DNA from: Thermodesulfobacteriota bacterium
Lineage (GTDB): Bacteria > Desulfobacterota > WTBG01 > JAGOGO01
NCBI GenBank assembly: GCA_026625185.1
Contig: CP113000.1
Span: 2,922,651 to 2,954,650 of the forward strand
DNA length: 32,000 bases
Direction: 5' to 3'
Position 1 is the stretch's first letter; the number at the start of each line of letters is the position of its first letter. A model generated the notes under the pieces. It did not search any database, was not told where the DNA came from, and was given only the letters and a program-made list of their open reading frames with translations. The position numbers were made by a program, and so were the translations under genes. This document shows, piece after piece, positions 1 through 9,019 of the stretch.

Positions 1-857
1 TCTTTGGATTCCAAAAGCTCTTGAGTGCGTTGCTTAACCAAGGATTCCAAGTTTTTCGTGTGCTCCTGGATCTGGGCCGCCATCCGGTTGAAAGAAAGAG
101 CTAATTGGCCAATCTCATCTTTTTGATGAATGGCTACTCGTAAGGACAATTCTCCTTCTGCCATTCGTGAGGAAAGGTGGGTAAGCTCTAATATGGGTTC
201 GGTCAGAAACCGGGCAAAAAATACCACCAGAGCTAACATGAGGGTTAAGGTGAAAATAGTTAAAATAAAGACTGCTTTTTGTGTCCTACCTACAGCTCCA
301 AAAATTTCGCCCTCATAGCTTCCGGCAGCAATCACCCAACCCAGTTGAGACAGATAACGAAATCGGGTAATTTTCATACGCGGTGATTTTTCACCCAATT
401 CTTTATTTATCCATGGATAGCGGATTTCCCCGGTACCTTCTCCCCTCAAAGAAATCGCTTTATAAATCATCTCGTTGATAAAATAATCGCCTTTGGAGTC
501 CTGGCTGTAAAGGATATTTTCGTTTTCTTTGGTAGGATGAATAATGAGGTTTCCCTTCTCATCAATTATAAACGGATAACCAGTTTCTCCGATAATAATG
601 TCTTTGACTACTTTTTTAATTTTGGAAAGTTGAGTAAGGGGGATGAATGGTTTATTGTTTTCACTCGATAAACTAATTTCACACAACGCGTAAATAGTAT
701 TTACCACATGATCTAAATCTTTTTCCGCTCCATTTTTTAAAGCGGAATTAAGCTGGGTGGTGGCAAAATAAGCAAGCAGGATTAAGGGAATGATTACTAA
801 AGGAGCAATAACTAAAATTAATTTATTCTGTATAGTCCAGTCAGAAATTTTTTTCAT
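1..857 (-). CDS. Sensor protein, N-terminal part: TM helix, Cache-like extracytoplasmic domain, TM helix, HAMP. The output domain lies outside the window.
   Basis: Absent from the ORF track because no stop falls inside the window. My own translation from the ATG at 857-855 reads MKKISDWTIQNKLILVIAPLVIIPLILLAYF (TM). It continues GYPFIIDEKGNLIIHP...IRYPWINKELGEKSPRMKITRF (Cache-like), then VFILTIFTLTLMLALVVFFARFLTEPILELTHLSSRMAEGELSLRVAIHQKDEIGQLALSFNRMAAQIQE (TM + HAMP). The frame stays open to position 1. Confidence 0.7.
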   Translation of the reverse strand, partial: MKKISDWTIQNKLILVIAPLVIIPLILLAYFATTQLNSALKNGAEKDLDHVVNTIYALCEISLSSENNKPFIPLTQLSKIKKVVKDIIIGETGYPFIIDEKGNLIIHPTKENENILYSQDSKGDYFINEMIYKAISLRGEGTGEIRYPWINKELGEKSPRMKITRFRYLSQLGWVIAAGSYEGEIFGAVGRTQKAVFILTIFTLTLMLALVVFFARFLTEPILELTHLSSRMAEGELSLRVAIHQKDEIGQLALSFNRMAAQIQEHTKNLESLVKQRTQELLESK

Positions 858-1343
858 AATATTTTCAAAATGGTTTCTATCACAAAAAAATAACCTTGAA
901 CTTATTTTTTTTAAATTTATTTAATAATATTATCAAATAATTAGGTTAAATTCAAGCTATTTGTAGTTATTAAATTTTTATCGAATAAAAATTTTTATCT
1001 TTTAGTTCATGAGTGTAAAAAAATATAGCCAAAATAATTGATTGGTTGCTGTGTTCCCCCACTTCAATAGGATTTTTTATAAGGAAATTTTTAATAGATA
1101 TTTTATCGAATCAGGCGGGGGAAATAACTACCATGGTAAACAGGTTGGATTTTATTTTTAACTTAGAACCCGATTAAGTAATGATACCAAAAGAATCATT
1201 AATTACAATTGTAAGCATCATATAGAATTGTTACCTCGTATTAGCTCTAGAACGTCATTTGTGAAATTCATCCATAAATGTGACGGTCTTATCTTTGCAG
1301 AACACCATATACTGTATAAAAATTAATAAGTTACGTAGCAGGG

Positions 1344-2336
1344 TTAACCTTCCTTTAAATATCTTTCTATTTTTGCACCTTTTTTTAATTTTTCAAGATA
1401 TAAATCAGTTTCTTTTTCGATTTTATCATTTTTAAGCATCGCTGCTAAGCGATCTTTTATCTTTTCATACGCCATGGTTGTCTCCGGCTTTTTATCCGTT
1501 AGTTTAATTATATGATATCCGAAATCAGTTTCAACTATACCGCTCACTTCTCCTGGTTTTAAAGAAAACGCCACATCTTCAAACGGCTTTACCATCTGGC
1601 CCCTACTAAAGTAACCCAGATCTCCCCCTTTGGAATTACTGGGACAGTCAGAAAATTTCTTAGCCAATTCTGAAAAATCCGCTCCATTTTTTAACTGCTT
1701 TTGTATATCTTCAATCTTTTTCCGTGCCGCTGCCTTTTGTGCTGCATCTGCTTTTGGGTCAACCTTAATCAAAATATGGCTGGCACGAACTTGCGCGGGG
1801 TTTTTAAAAAAATTCGGGTTGCTGTCATAAAAGGCTTTGGTTTCTTGATCAGAAACCAATGCCTTTTGCCCAAACTTCTTTTCAACAAACTGCTGAACCG
1901 CAATTCCCATCTTAAACTTGTCCTTGATCCCGGTCTCAGATAAATTAAGTTTCTTCAAGAATTCATTTAATTTTTCCTGACTGGGTATTTGTTTTTTCCA
2001 ATTTTCATATTGTTCATTAAGAATTTTCTCATCAACCTGGATTCCTTCTTTTTTGCTTTCCTGATAGAGCAGTTCGAGGTTAATAAGATTTTCAAGGATA
2101 TTTTTCTTTAGTTCAGAAAGCTCAGCGCTACTCGGAGTTTTTCCAGTTTGCGAAATTCGTTCATTTACCATCACCATTTCTCGATCAAAGTCCGATTTGG
2201 GAATTATTTTCCCGTTCACTACCGCAATTTTTACCTCGGCCATACCCTTTTCTCCGGCCCAACTAAAGGACATTGGTAATAAAAAAATCAAACTAATCAA
2301 AACGGTTATAATCCATCCCCCATCTTTTTTGTTCAT
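1344..2336 (-). CDS. Periplasmic parvulin-type peptidyl-prolyl cis-trans isomerase (SurA/PrsA/PpiD-like chaperone)
   Basis: 330-aa ORF with an N-terminal signal/anchor (WIITVLISLIFLLPMSFSWA). Parvulin signature RASHILIKV...GGDLGYFSRGQMVKPFEDVAF...FGYHIIKL. SD-like aaaggaga lies just upstream of the ATG. Confidence 0.85.
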   Translation of the reverse strand: MNKKDGGWIITVLISLIFLLPMSFSWAGEKGMAEVKIAVVNGKIIPKSDFDREMVMVNERISQTGKTPSSAELSELKKNILENLINLELLYQESKKEGIQVDEKILNEQYENWKKQIPSQEKLNEFLKKLNLSETGIKDKFKMGIAVQQFVEKKFGQKALVSDQETKAFYDSNPNFFKNPAQVRASHILIKVDPKADAAQKAAARKKIEDIQKQLKNGADFSELAKKFSDCPSNSKGGDLGYFSRGQMVKPFEDVAFSLKPGEVSGIVETDFGYHIIKLTDKKPETTMAYEKIKDRLAAMLKNDKIEKETDLYLEKLKKGAKIERYLKEG

Positions 2337-2599
2337 CCGAATCTCCTTTCAAGGTGATCTTATAAAAAAAACCCGAACTGGGTTAACATAGCAAAGTCAC
2401 TAATAAACTAATTAATAGATAAAAATTAATATAGCAGTCTTCCGCCCAGCACGCAAGAAATTTTATTTTTGATCAAATCTATAAAAAATCGCTGGATCCT
2501 CCTCATCCGAAATCTCTTGAAACTTTCTTTGTGATATAATCTGTTCTAGAAAAAAAACAGGATTTTGAATTTTTACTATTCCCCTTCCCCGTAAATTTA

Positions 2600-2628
2600 T
2601 TGACAACCCACCCAAGCGAGCATAGATT
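2600..2628 (+). promoter_or_regulatory. Candidate sigma-70 promoter for ubiE/menG (TTGACA-N17-TAGATT)
   Basis: -35 TTGACA at 2600-2605, exact 17-nt spacer, -10 TAGATT at 2623-2628, about 75 nt upstream of the ATG at 2704. AT-rich context, so a chance match is possible. Confidence 0.35.
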
Positions 2629-2703
2629 GAACTTTACTTACAGATTTGCTAACCATAATCATAAGCATTACCTTTACAATACTATTCTTAGTAAATCCTT
2701 ATT

Positions 2704-3396
2704 ATGCTCACCCGAGAAATAAAAGAATTATTTGAAAAGCAGGCGTCTTTGTATGATTTTACAAATACCTTTCTGTCGGTTGGGATTGATGACCTCTGGA
2801 GAAAAAGGGTTGCCCAATCACTATGTCTGCCGAACAACGCCCGGGTGGCAGACATTGCCACGGGAACTGCTGAAGTGGCAATTCATATTGCCAAGCAAAA
2901 TCCCACGGTAAAAATTGTTGGTCTAGATTTCTCACCTAACATGCTAAAATTTGGAAATAAGAAAATTACCAAATTTCATTACAACAATATCCTTTTATTA
3001 AGCGGCGATGCTACAGCGCTTCCATTCCAAAAAAATTCATTTGACGCTCTCACTATTGTTTTTGGAATAAGAAACATTATCAACCGTGAACAGGCGCTTG
3101 AAGAATTTTATTCTGTTCTAACACCGCAGGGCCAATTGGTAATAATGGAATTCGGCTTTCCGGAAGCACCTCTATTTCGATCACTTTATCTTTTCTATTT
3201 TAATCATCTTCTCCCCTGGATTGGAAACCTCTTGGTCTCCTCAGACCATGCGTATAGTTATCTAAGAGACTCGGTCCACAAATTTCCTTCTCCTGAAAAA
3301 TTTATGGAAATACTCAGGTCGGTTGGTTTTAAAAAAATACAACGAGTCTCCTTCACTGGCGGCATTGTCGACTTATTCAAAGCTTTTAAGGAATAA
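2704..3396 (+). CDS. ubiE: Demethylmenaquinone/ubiquinone C-methyltransferase (UbiE/MenG family, class I SAM methyltransferase)
   Basis: 230 aa. UbiE-type N-terminus YDFTNTFLSVGIDDLWRK, SAM motif I DIATGTAEVA, then GLDFSPNML, FDALTIVFGIRNI and LTPQGQLVIMEF. Confidence 0.8.
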   Translation: MLTREIKELFEKQASLYDFTNTFLSVGIDDLWRKRVAQSLCLPNNARVADIATGTAEVAIHIAKQNPTVKIVGLDFSPNMLKFGNKKITKFHYNNILLLSGDATALPFQKNSFDALTIVFGIRNIINREQALEEFYSVLTPQGQLVIMEFGFPEAPLFRSLYLFYFNHLLPWIGNLLVSSDHAYSYLRDSVHKFPSPEKFMEILRSVGFKKIQRVSFTGGIVDLFKAFKE

Positions 3397-3730
3397 CCCT
3401 TTTTTATCTTTAAATCACTAAAGCGCCTATTGTTTTTGCCTAAAAAAAATTTTATTATAATAAAAAAAGGTTGTTCTCCAAAATGAGGTGGTAAAAAATG
3501 TTTTTTTGAGAAACCCGTTTGCAGTTAAAGGGAAAAACAACTTGGCAAAGATGATAATTTATGTCATTTTTTAGACATGAAAAAAAACACTCTTTGCCAG
3601 ACAAGTAAAACCTGCTGTCCCGATTGAAAAACCTAAACCTGAACGGCCGCCAGGGGCTCAAGGAATTACTCAAAGCCAACCGGCGATCGAATACGCCAAA
3701 ACGTGCTGAAGGAATCCTTCAGACAGCTTT

Positions 3731-4027
3731 GTGACTACGCTTCGGCAGTCTGGGTTCGCAAATTTTTCGACCACCGGCGGGAATCCCTCAACTGGCAAAC
3801 AAAGACTGAAGCCATTTGAAGAACTCTCCGAGTTGATAGACCTTCGCTGGGACGGCATGGTCTTGGATTGCAAATCCGAACCCAAAGTGGCATTGGGGTT
3901 TGTTGAAGGGATCAACAACAAGATCAGAGTGATTCAACGGAGAGCTTACGGGTTGGAAAACCCCAAATGCTTCCGGCTGAAAGTTCCGACTTGCATGTTG
4001 ACGTCATTCAACTACAGAAACCTCTAA
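3731..4027 (+). pseudogene. ISL3-family transposase, C-terminal fragment only (remnant)
   Basis: The translation ends in the ISL3 C-terminal signature LGFVEGINNKIRVIQRRAYGLENPKCFRLKV. An in-frame TGA sits at 3707 and other frames upstream are broken. No N-terminal zinc-finger or DDE portion is present, and the apparent start is a GTG artefact. Confidence 0.55.
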
Positions 4028-4169
4028 ATTTTACCCACTCGGTAAGGAGAAAAAAGCAATAACATAGTAAAAATTTTAATCTCCAAACCAAAAAATTTTT
4101 TCAGGAGAATCTTCTTTTGACAGAAAAGTTTCTTTCATTAGCCATTTATAAAATTGTCCGGAATAAAAA

Positions 4170-5588
4170 ATGAGGCATTTCCTTGTCATTACAAAAAGTA
4201 AAAAGGTTTTTAAAACCATTCAAGGATCCTTTGGTCAAAATTACTCGGTTGAAAAAGCTTCCAATAAAAATATTGGATTGGAAATGCTTCGGACGAAGCG
4301 TTACGAATTTATCTTTATTGACTTAGCGCTTCTTTCAGAATCACTAAAAGGCAACGAATATAAATTAGCCTTACAAGCCTTTTGGCAGTTGAACCCTTCC
4401 GCAGAAATAATTGTTATGTCTCCTCCCGAAATGATCCGGGAATCGGTGATGGCCGTCAAAGCAGGGGCGAGTAATTACCTGACCTACCCTATTAATCTTG
4501 ATGAGGTAACATATTTAACCGAAAGTATTTATGCATCATTGATCGTCCAATCAGAGCTTGATTATCTTCGCGACCAATTCTGGCAAAGCGATTCATTAGA
4601 AATCGTTCAAACTAAAAATCTTTTAGTTAAAAAAGTTTTTGATAAAATCCGTTCAGTCGCGCCAACTAAAAGTACCGTGCTTATTTCCGGTGAAACCGGT
4701 ACCGGCAAAGGCGTGCTGGCCCAATTAATCCACAAACACAGCAATCGAAAAGATTCCCCTTTTATAAATGTCCATTGCGGAGCAATCCCTGACACCCTTT
4801 TGGAAAGTGAACTCTTCGGCCACGAAAAAGGTGCGTTCACTGGCGCGGTCCGTCGGAAATTAGGGAAATTTGAAATTGCCAAAGGCGGAACGATTTTTCT
4901 GGATGAAATTGCTACTATTACACCATCCGCACAGATCAAGCTTCTTCAAATTATCCAGGAAGGAACATTCAATCGGGTAGGCGGCGAAGAAACTATTGAA
5001 GCCAATGTAAGAGTTATCGCGGCCACCAATAGCTCTCTAAGAATAATGTGTGACGAAGGTCACTTCCGGACGGACCTTTATTATCGCCTAAATGTGTTCC
5101 CCATTGATATACCCCCCTTGAGAGAAAGAAGAGAAGATATTCCATTCTTTGTTGAAGTGATTTTAAAAAAACTAAACAAATTTCACACAAAAAATATCCA
5201 TAATATTCATCCCCAGGTCATGGAAGCTTTCAACCAATATCTGTGGCCGGGAAATATCCGCGAACTTGAGAACTTGATGGAGCGAGCTTATATCTTGGAA
5301 ACTTCACCAATATTAACCCAAGAAAGCTTTCCGAGTGAAATTTTTTCCTCCAAAGACTCCACTTCACTCATATTTGTTGACACTTTATCCACCCTTGCCG
5401 AGACAAGACGCCGCAGTATTGAACATTTTGAAAAGCAGTATATTAAAGAAATTTTGACCCAACACAGAGGAAGGATAAACGAATCGGCATCAACCGCTGG
5501 TATCAGCACTCGACAATTAAACAAATTAATGACCCGCTACGGAATTAAGAAAGAAGAATTCAAGCCCAAAAACCTGCCGTTAGACTAA
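4170..5588 (+). CDS. Sigma-54-dependent transcriptional activator (NtrC/Fis family EBP) with a degenerate N-terminal receiver domain
   Basis: 472 aa. AAA+ Walker A GETGTGKG, sigma-54 contact loop ESELFGHEKGAFTGA, Walker B GTIFLDEI, R-finger region. C-terminal Fis-type HTH ESASTAGISTRQLNKLM. The receiver-like N-terminus keeps the Asp in FIFIDL but lacks the acidic pair (LVITKSK) and the conserved Lys (YLTYP). Confidence 0.9.
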   Translation: MRHFLVITKSKKVFKTIQGSFGQNYSVEKASNKNIGLEMLRTKRYEFIFIDLALLSESLKGNEYKLALQAFWQLNPSAEIIVMSPPEMIRESVMAVKAGASNYLTYPINLDEVTYLTESIYASLIVQSELDYLRDQFWQSDSLEIVQTKNLLVKKVFDKIRSVAPTKSTVLISGETGTGKGVLAQLIHKHSNRKDSPFINVHCGAIPDTLLESELFGHEKGAFTGAVRRKLGKFEIAKGGTIFLDEIATITPSAQIKLLQIIQEGTFNRVGGEETIEANVRVIAATNSSLRIMCDEGHFRTDLYYRLNVFPIDIPPLRERREDIPFFVEVILKKLNKFHTKNIHNIHPQVMEAFNQYLWPGNIRELENLMERAYILETSPILTQESFPSEIFSSKDSTSLIFVDTLSTLAETRRRSIEHFEKQYIKEILTQHRGRINESASTAGISTRQLNKLMTRYGIKKEEFKPKNLPLD

Positions 5589-5863
5589 AAAACCAGGTAA
5601 CTCTGTCTTCACCCCAAGAGCTCTGTTGAAATTCAGTATATTAAACAAAGCGGAATTATTAGTTCTTATTAATTTATTTTCGGAACTTTTATTTCCTATT
5701 TTAAATAGTAAAATTAATTCAATATGTTAAACTAATATTTTAACTGTCAAATCCCTTTTTAGAATCAATAGGTTAAGCTCTCTGAAAATTATCGGAATTT
5801 TAAATTCTGGTTTTGTTTTATTGTTTTTTATAAATATTAAACAAAATCAAGCAATTATAAATT

Positions 5864-5879
5864 TGGCATAGTTATCGCT
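5864..5879 (+). promoter_or_regulatory. Candidate sigma-54 (-24/-12) promoter: TGGCAT-N5-TCGCT
   Basis: tGGcatagttatcGCt matches TGGCACG-N4-TTGCW with the correct GG-to-GC spacing. It lies 276 nt downstream of the EBP gene and in the same orientation. The predicted TSS is about 5889-5891, abutting the ATG at 5892. Confidence 0.4.
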
Positions 5880-5891
5880 GATGTTCATAAC

Positions 5892-6227
5892 ATGGCAAAT
5901 AGTCCTGAAAAAAAAATCACCGCCCCGTTAAAGAAAAAAAAAGGTAAAGATAGTTCGTCTTTGGTCACCTTACGGGGTGTGGTAATACCAGTAGATTGGG
6001 ACTCCGAGGGAAAGGTAATTGCCAATGCTATTTCCACCCACCATGAAGACGAATACCTAATTGTGGATGAAGAAAATACTATTGAAATGAATAACCTTAT
6101 TAATGAAGAGGTAGAAATAACTGGTATATATAAAAAAAGGGGTGACAAGAAGATCATAAAAGTAAAAACTTGCACCCGGATCACTACTGAGTCACCAGCG
6201 CATAAATCTTCAGGCAACAACGTGTAA
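5892..6227 (+). CDS. Hypothetical small protein (111 aa), lysine-rich N-terminus followed by a beta-rich segment
   Basis: ORF MANSPEKKITAPLKKKKGKD...LRGVVIPVDWDSEGKVIANAISTHHEDEYLIV...EVEITGIYKKRGDKKIIKV. I recognise no family. It is the first gene after the candidate sigma-54 promoter. No SD is present. Confidence 0.45.
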   Translation: MANSPEKKITAPLKKKKGKDSSSLVTLRGVVIPVDWDSEGKVIANAISTHHEDEYLIVDEENTIEMNNLINEEVEITGIYKKRGDKKIIKVKTCTRITTESPAHKSSGNNV

Positions 6228-6239
6228 ACCGGAGCATGT

Positions 6240-6548
6240 GTGAATAGAAAAAAAGTTTTTCTTGCCATGGTCGTTATAGGCCTTTTAATCGCTTATTTTC
6301 TCTTGCTGTCAAATATTTTGGCTGCGCCAAGTGTAATGAAAGGTATCGTTATTTCCGATTCCAAAATTTTATCTGATGATGGAAAAACCTATAAAATTAA
6401 TAATTCCGAAAATACATTCAGCTTATCTTCTTGCGTTGGGAAAAGGGTCGAGGTTGTCGGCATCGTTGAAGATTTAGAAGGAGAAATTGAAATAACCTTA
6501 AATTCATTTAAAATCCTTTCGGATTTCCCTAATAAAAGGAGAAGTTAA
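6240..6548 (+). CDS. Hypothetical small exported/anchored protein (102 aa)
   Basis: GTG start. N-terminal signal/TM KKVFLAMVVIGLLIAYFLLLSNILAAP, then MKGIVISDSKILSDDGKTYKI...GKRVEVVGIVEDLEGEIEITL. This pattern resembles the preceding ORF. Confidence 0.5.
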   Translation: MNRKKVFLAMVVIGLLIAYFLLLSNILAAPSVMKGIVISDSKILSDDGKTYKINNSENTFSLSSCVGKRVEVVGIVEDLEGEIEITLNSFKILSDFPNKRRS

Positions 6549-6612
6549 ATGATTACTTTCAGTGGGAGCATTTATCTCCCGTTCTTTCAACCATAGGGGG
6601 CATAAGACATAT

Positions 6613-7947
6613 ATGGAAAAAGGAGTCTTTTTCCCTGAAGAAGTTGAACCTCCCGGTATACGTTGCGACTCTGGAGTTCCAGAAAACAGCATAAATTTCT
6701 ATTCGACAACGCATTTAAGATACCAGGATAAGTCGACAATTAACTGGCCTTCAAAAACTCGAACTACTCCCGCATTTAAATGTAATAAAAAAACAAAAAG
6801 GTTTCGAAAAATTTTTTATCCTGGAGTATCCAACCAAGAATGGACCGACTGGCGTTGGCAATTGAAAAACCGAATAAAGAATCTTTTCCAATTGGAACGT
6901 TTTTTCCCCCTTTCCGAAAATGAACTAAAAACCTTATCTTTTCGCCGCTCCCTTCTTCCCCTTTCTATTACCCCCTATTATGCCAGTCTTCTCGATGGGA
7001 CTGACCAATTGCAGCCTCTCCGCAGAACAGTCGTCCCTGATATTGCGGAACACTTTCACGGCCATGGAGAATCGGAAGATCCCCTCGGGGAAGAAAAGGA
7101 CACTCCTGTCCCCGGCCTAGTCCATCGGTATCCGGACCGAGTTTTATTCCTTGTTACTGATACCTGTTCAAATTATTGCCGCTATTGTACCCGATCCCGA
7201 ATGGTGGGAAATGAAAATTCCAAGCAATTCAATTTTTTTAATTGGCAAAAGGCCATCGCTTACATTGAATCCCAACCAACTGTTCGGGACGTGCTTTTGT
7301 CCGGAGGTGACCCCTTAACTCTTTCGGACGAAAAACTGGAATGGCTTTTATCTCGACTGCGACGCATTCCCCATATTGAATTTTTACGAATTGGAACTAA
7401 AGTCCCTGTTGTTCTACCTCATCGAATTACCCCTTCCTTAACCAGAATTTTAAAACGTTACCATCCTCTTTGGATGAGCATCCATTTCACCCATCCTGAG
7501 GAGTTGACATCAGAAGTAGGTCAAGCTTGTGAACGTTTGGCAAATGCCGGAATACCTTTAGGAAGTCAGACGGTGCTTTTAAAAAATATCAATGATAATA
7601 TAGAGGTTATGAAAAAACTATTTACCGGGCTCCTACGCATACGAGTAAGGCCCTATTACCTTTATCAATGCGACCCGATTTTTGGGTCAGAACACTTCCG
7701 CACACCGGTAGAAAAAGGTCTAGAGATTATTAAAGGCCTGCGCGGTTTCATTACTGGGTACGCAGTGCCCACATATGTTATTGATGCTCCAGGAGGTGGA
7801 GGAAAAATTCCGCTGCTTCCTGAATCTGTATGCGGGCAAGATGGCGAAAACTTGCTCCTCAAAAATTATAAGGGCGAAACCTTCTCCTATCCTGATCACA
7901 AAGAAGAAAAAAAATCGGCAATAACCGACAGTACGCTATGGCAATAG
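6613..7947 (+). CDS. kamA: Lysine 2,3-aminomutase (KamA/AblA family radical SAM, PLP-dependent), makes beta-lysine
   Basis: Radical-SAM CSNYCRYCTRSR; N-terminal WTDWRWQLKNRI; LLSGGDPL; RVRPYYLYQCD; VIDAPGGGGKIP. The track ORF starts at 6562. The first ATG is at 6613 with a G-rich stretch upstream. Either start leaves a ~75-aa basic N-terminal extension before the conserved core. Confidence 0.9.
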   Translation: MEKGVFFPEEVEPPGIRCDSGVPENSINFYSTTHLRYQDKSTINWPSKTRTTPAFKCNKKTKRFRKIFYPGVSNQEWTDWRWQLKNRIKNLFQLERFFPLSENELKTLSFRRSLLPLSITPYYASLLDGTDQLQPLRRTVVPDIAEHFHGHGESEDPLGEEKDTPVPGLVHRYPDRVLFLVTDTCSNYCRYCTRSRMVGNENSKQFNFFNWQKAIAYIESQPTVRDVLLSGGDPLTLSDEKLEWLLSRLRRIPHIEFLRIGTKVPVVLPHRITPSLTRILKRYHPLWMSIHFTHPEELTSEVGQACERLANAGIPLGSQTVLLKNINDNIEVMKKLFTGLLRIRVRPYYLYQCDPIFGSEHFRTPVEKGLEIIKGLRGFITGYAVPTYVIDAPGGGGKIPLLPESVCGQDGENLLLKNYKGETFSYPDHKEEKKSAITDSTLWQ

Positions 7948-9011
7948 AAAAAAAACTACCCCGGGTTGGCATTACGTATGACCTGCGGCAAGACTATCTT
8001 GCTCAAGGATTCAGTGAAGAAGAAACCGCTGAGTTTGATCGCATTGATACTATTGAAGCGATTGAACAAGCCTTAGAAGATTTAGGTTTCGAAACTAATC
8101 GTATCGGCAATATCTTTAACTTAACGAAAAGAATCGCTGACGGTGAATCCTGGGATTTGGTGTTTAATATCGCCGAAGGCCTGAAAGGATTTGCCCGGGA
8201 GGCCCAAGTTCCTGCATTGCTTGATGCCTTTAACATTCCCTATACGTTTTCTGACCCCTTGGTACTGTCTCTTTCGCTTCACAAAGCATTGACCAAGCGG
8301 GTAATGCGTGATCTGGGTATCCCAACTCCTGATTTTTTTGTGGTAGAAAATCATTTAGATATTGATCTGGTTAACCTTCCATTTCCTCTTTTTGCCAAGC
8401 CAATCGCAGAGGGCACGGGTAAAGGGATCACCCCTTCGTCGAAAGTTGAAAACCCGCATGAGTTAGAAAATATTTGCGCAAATCTTTTAATTAATTATCA
8501 TCAACCCGTGCTTCTCGAGACTTTTCTTCCGGGACGTGAATTCACCGTTGGAATACTTGGTACTGGAAATGAAGCTGAAGCGATCGGTGCGTTGGAGATC
8601 GTATTGCGTGAGCAAGCTGAACCAACCGCTTACTCTTATGTCAATAAAGAACGCTGTGAAGATTTAGTAGAATATCGAATGGTAAATGAATCGTTATCTC
8701 GCAAAGCTCAAGAAATCGCTCTCAAAGCCTGGCAGGGACTTGGATGCCGTGATGCGGGCCGGGTTGATTTGAAGGTTGATATTCACGGAACACCCAACCT
8801 CATTGAGGTTAATCCTCTTGCGGGACTACATCCTGCGCATTCCGACCTTCCGATCTTGTGCCGGGCTGTTGGGATAAGCTACCCCCACCTTATCGGAAGA
8901 ATCATGGCCTCTGCCCTGAAACGTGCAAAGTCATTGTTTGTTGAGCCGGTAAAACAATTACCTTTTAAAAAATATCCGGAAACATTAAACCCTCTATGTT
9001 TGGTTAGCTAA
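7938..9011 (+). CDS. ATP-grasp ligase, D-alanine--D-alanine ligase-like family (substrate unknown)
   Basis: 357 aa. Ddl-like pre-ATP-grasp region VGITYDL...EFD..DTIEAIEQALEDLGF...WDLVFNIAEG..G..REAQVPALLDAFNIPYTFS. ATP-grasp core LFAKPIAEGTGKGI...LLETFLPGREFTVGILG...GRVDLKVD..G.PNLIEVNPLAG. The ATG overlaps the kamA stop by 10 nt. Confidence 0.8.
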   Translation: MAIEKKLPRVGITYDLRQDYLAQGFSEEETAEFDRIDTIEAIEQALEDLGFETNRIGNIFNLTKRIADGESWDLVFNIAEGLKGFAREAQVPALLDAFNIPYTFSDPLVLSLSLHKALTKRVMRDLGIPTPDFFVVENHLDIDLVNLPFPLFAKPIAEGTGKGITPSSKVENPHELENICANLLINYHQPVLLETFLPGREFTVGILGTGNEAEAIGALEIVLREQAEPTAYSYVNKERCEDLVEYRMVNESLSRKAQEIALKAWQGLGCRDAGRVDLKVDIHGTPNLIEVNPLAGLHPAHSDLPILCRAVGISYPHLIGRIMASALKRAKSLFVEPVKQLPFKKYPETLNPLCLVS

Positions 9012-9019
9012 AACAGCCG

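Noticed and set aside
1781-1794. Near-consensus sigma-54 element TGGCACGAACTTGC on the plus strand
   Set aside because: The GG-to-GC spacing is one nucleotide too short (N3 instead of N4 after TGGCACG). It also lies inside, and antisense to, the PPIase CDS, with no plus-strand gene downstream.
3455-3921. Minus-strand ORFs 3455-3679 and 3670-3921
   Set aside because: They are antisense to, or adjacent to, the ISL3 transposase remnant, carry no recognisable motifs and lie in a decayed region.
6564-6580. Hairpin gggag-catttat-ctccc after the second small ORF as an intra-operon terminator
   Set aside because: It has only a 5-bp stem with a weak T tract. It also lies within the possible 5' extension of kamA, which makes it too weak to call.
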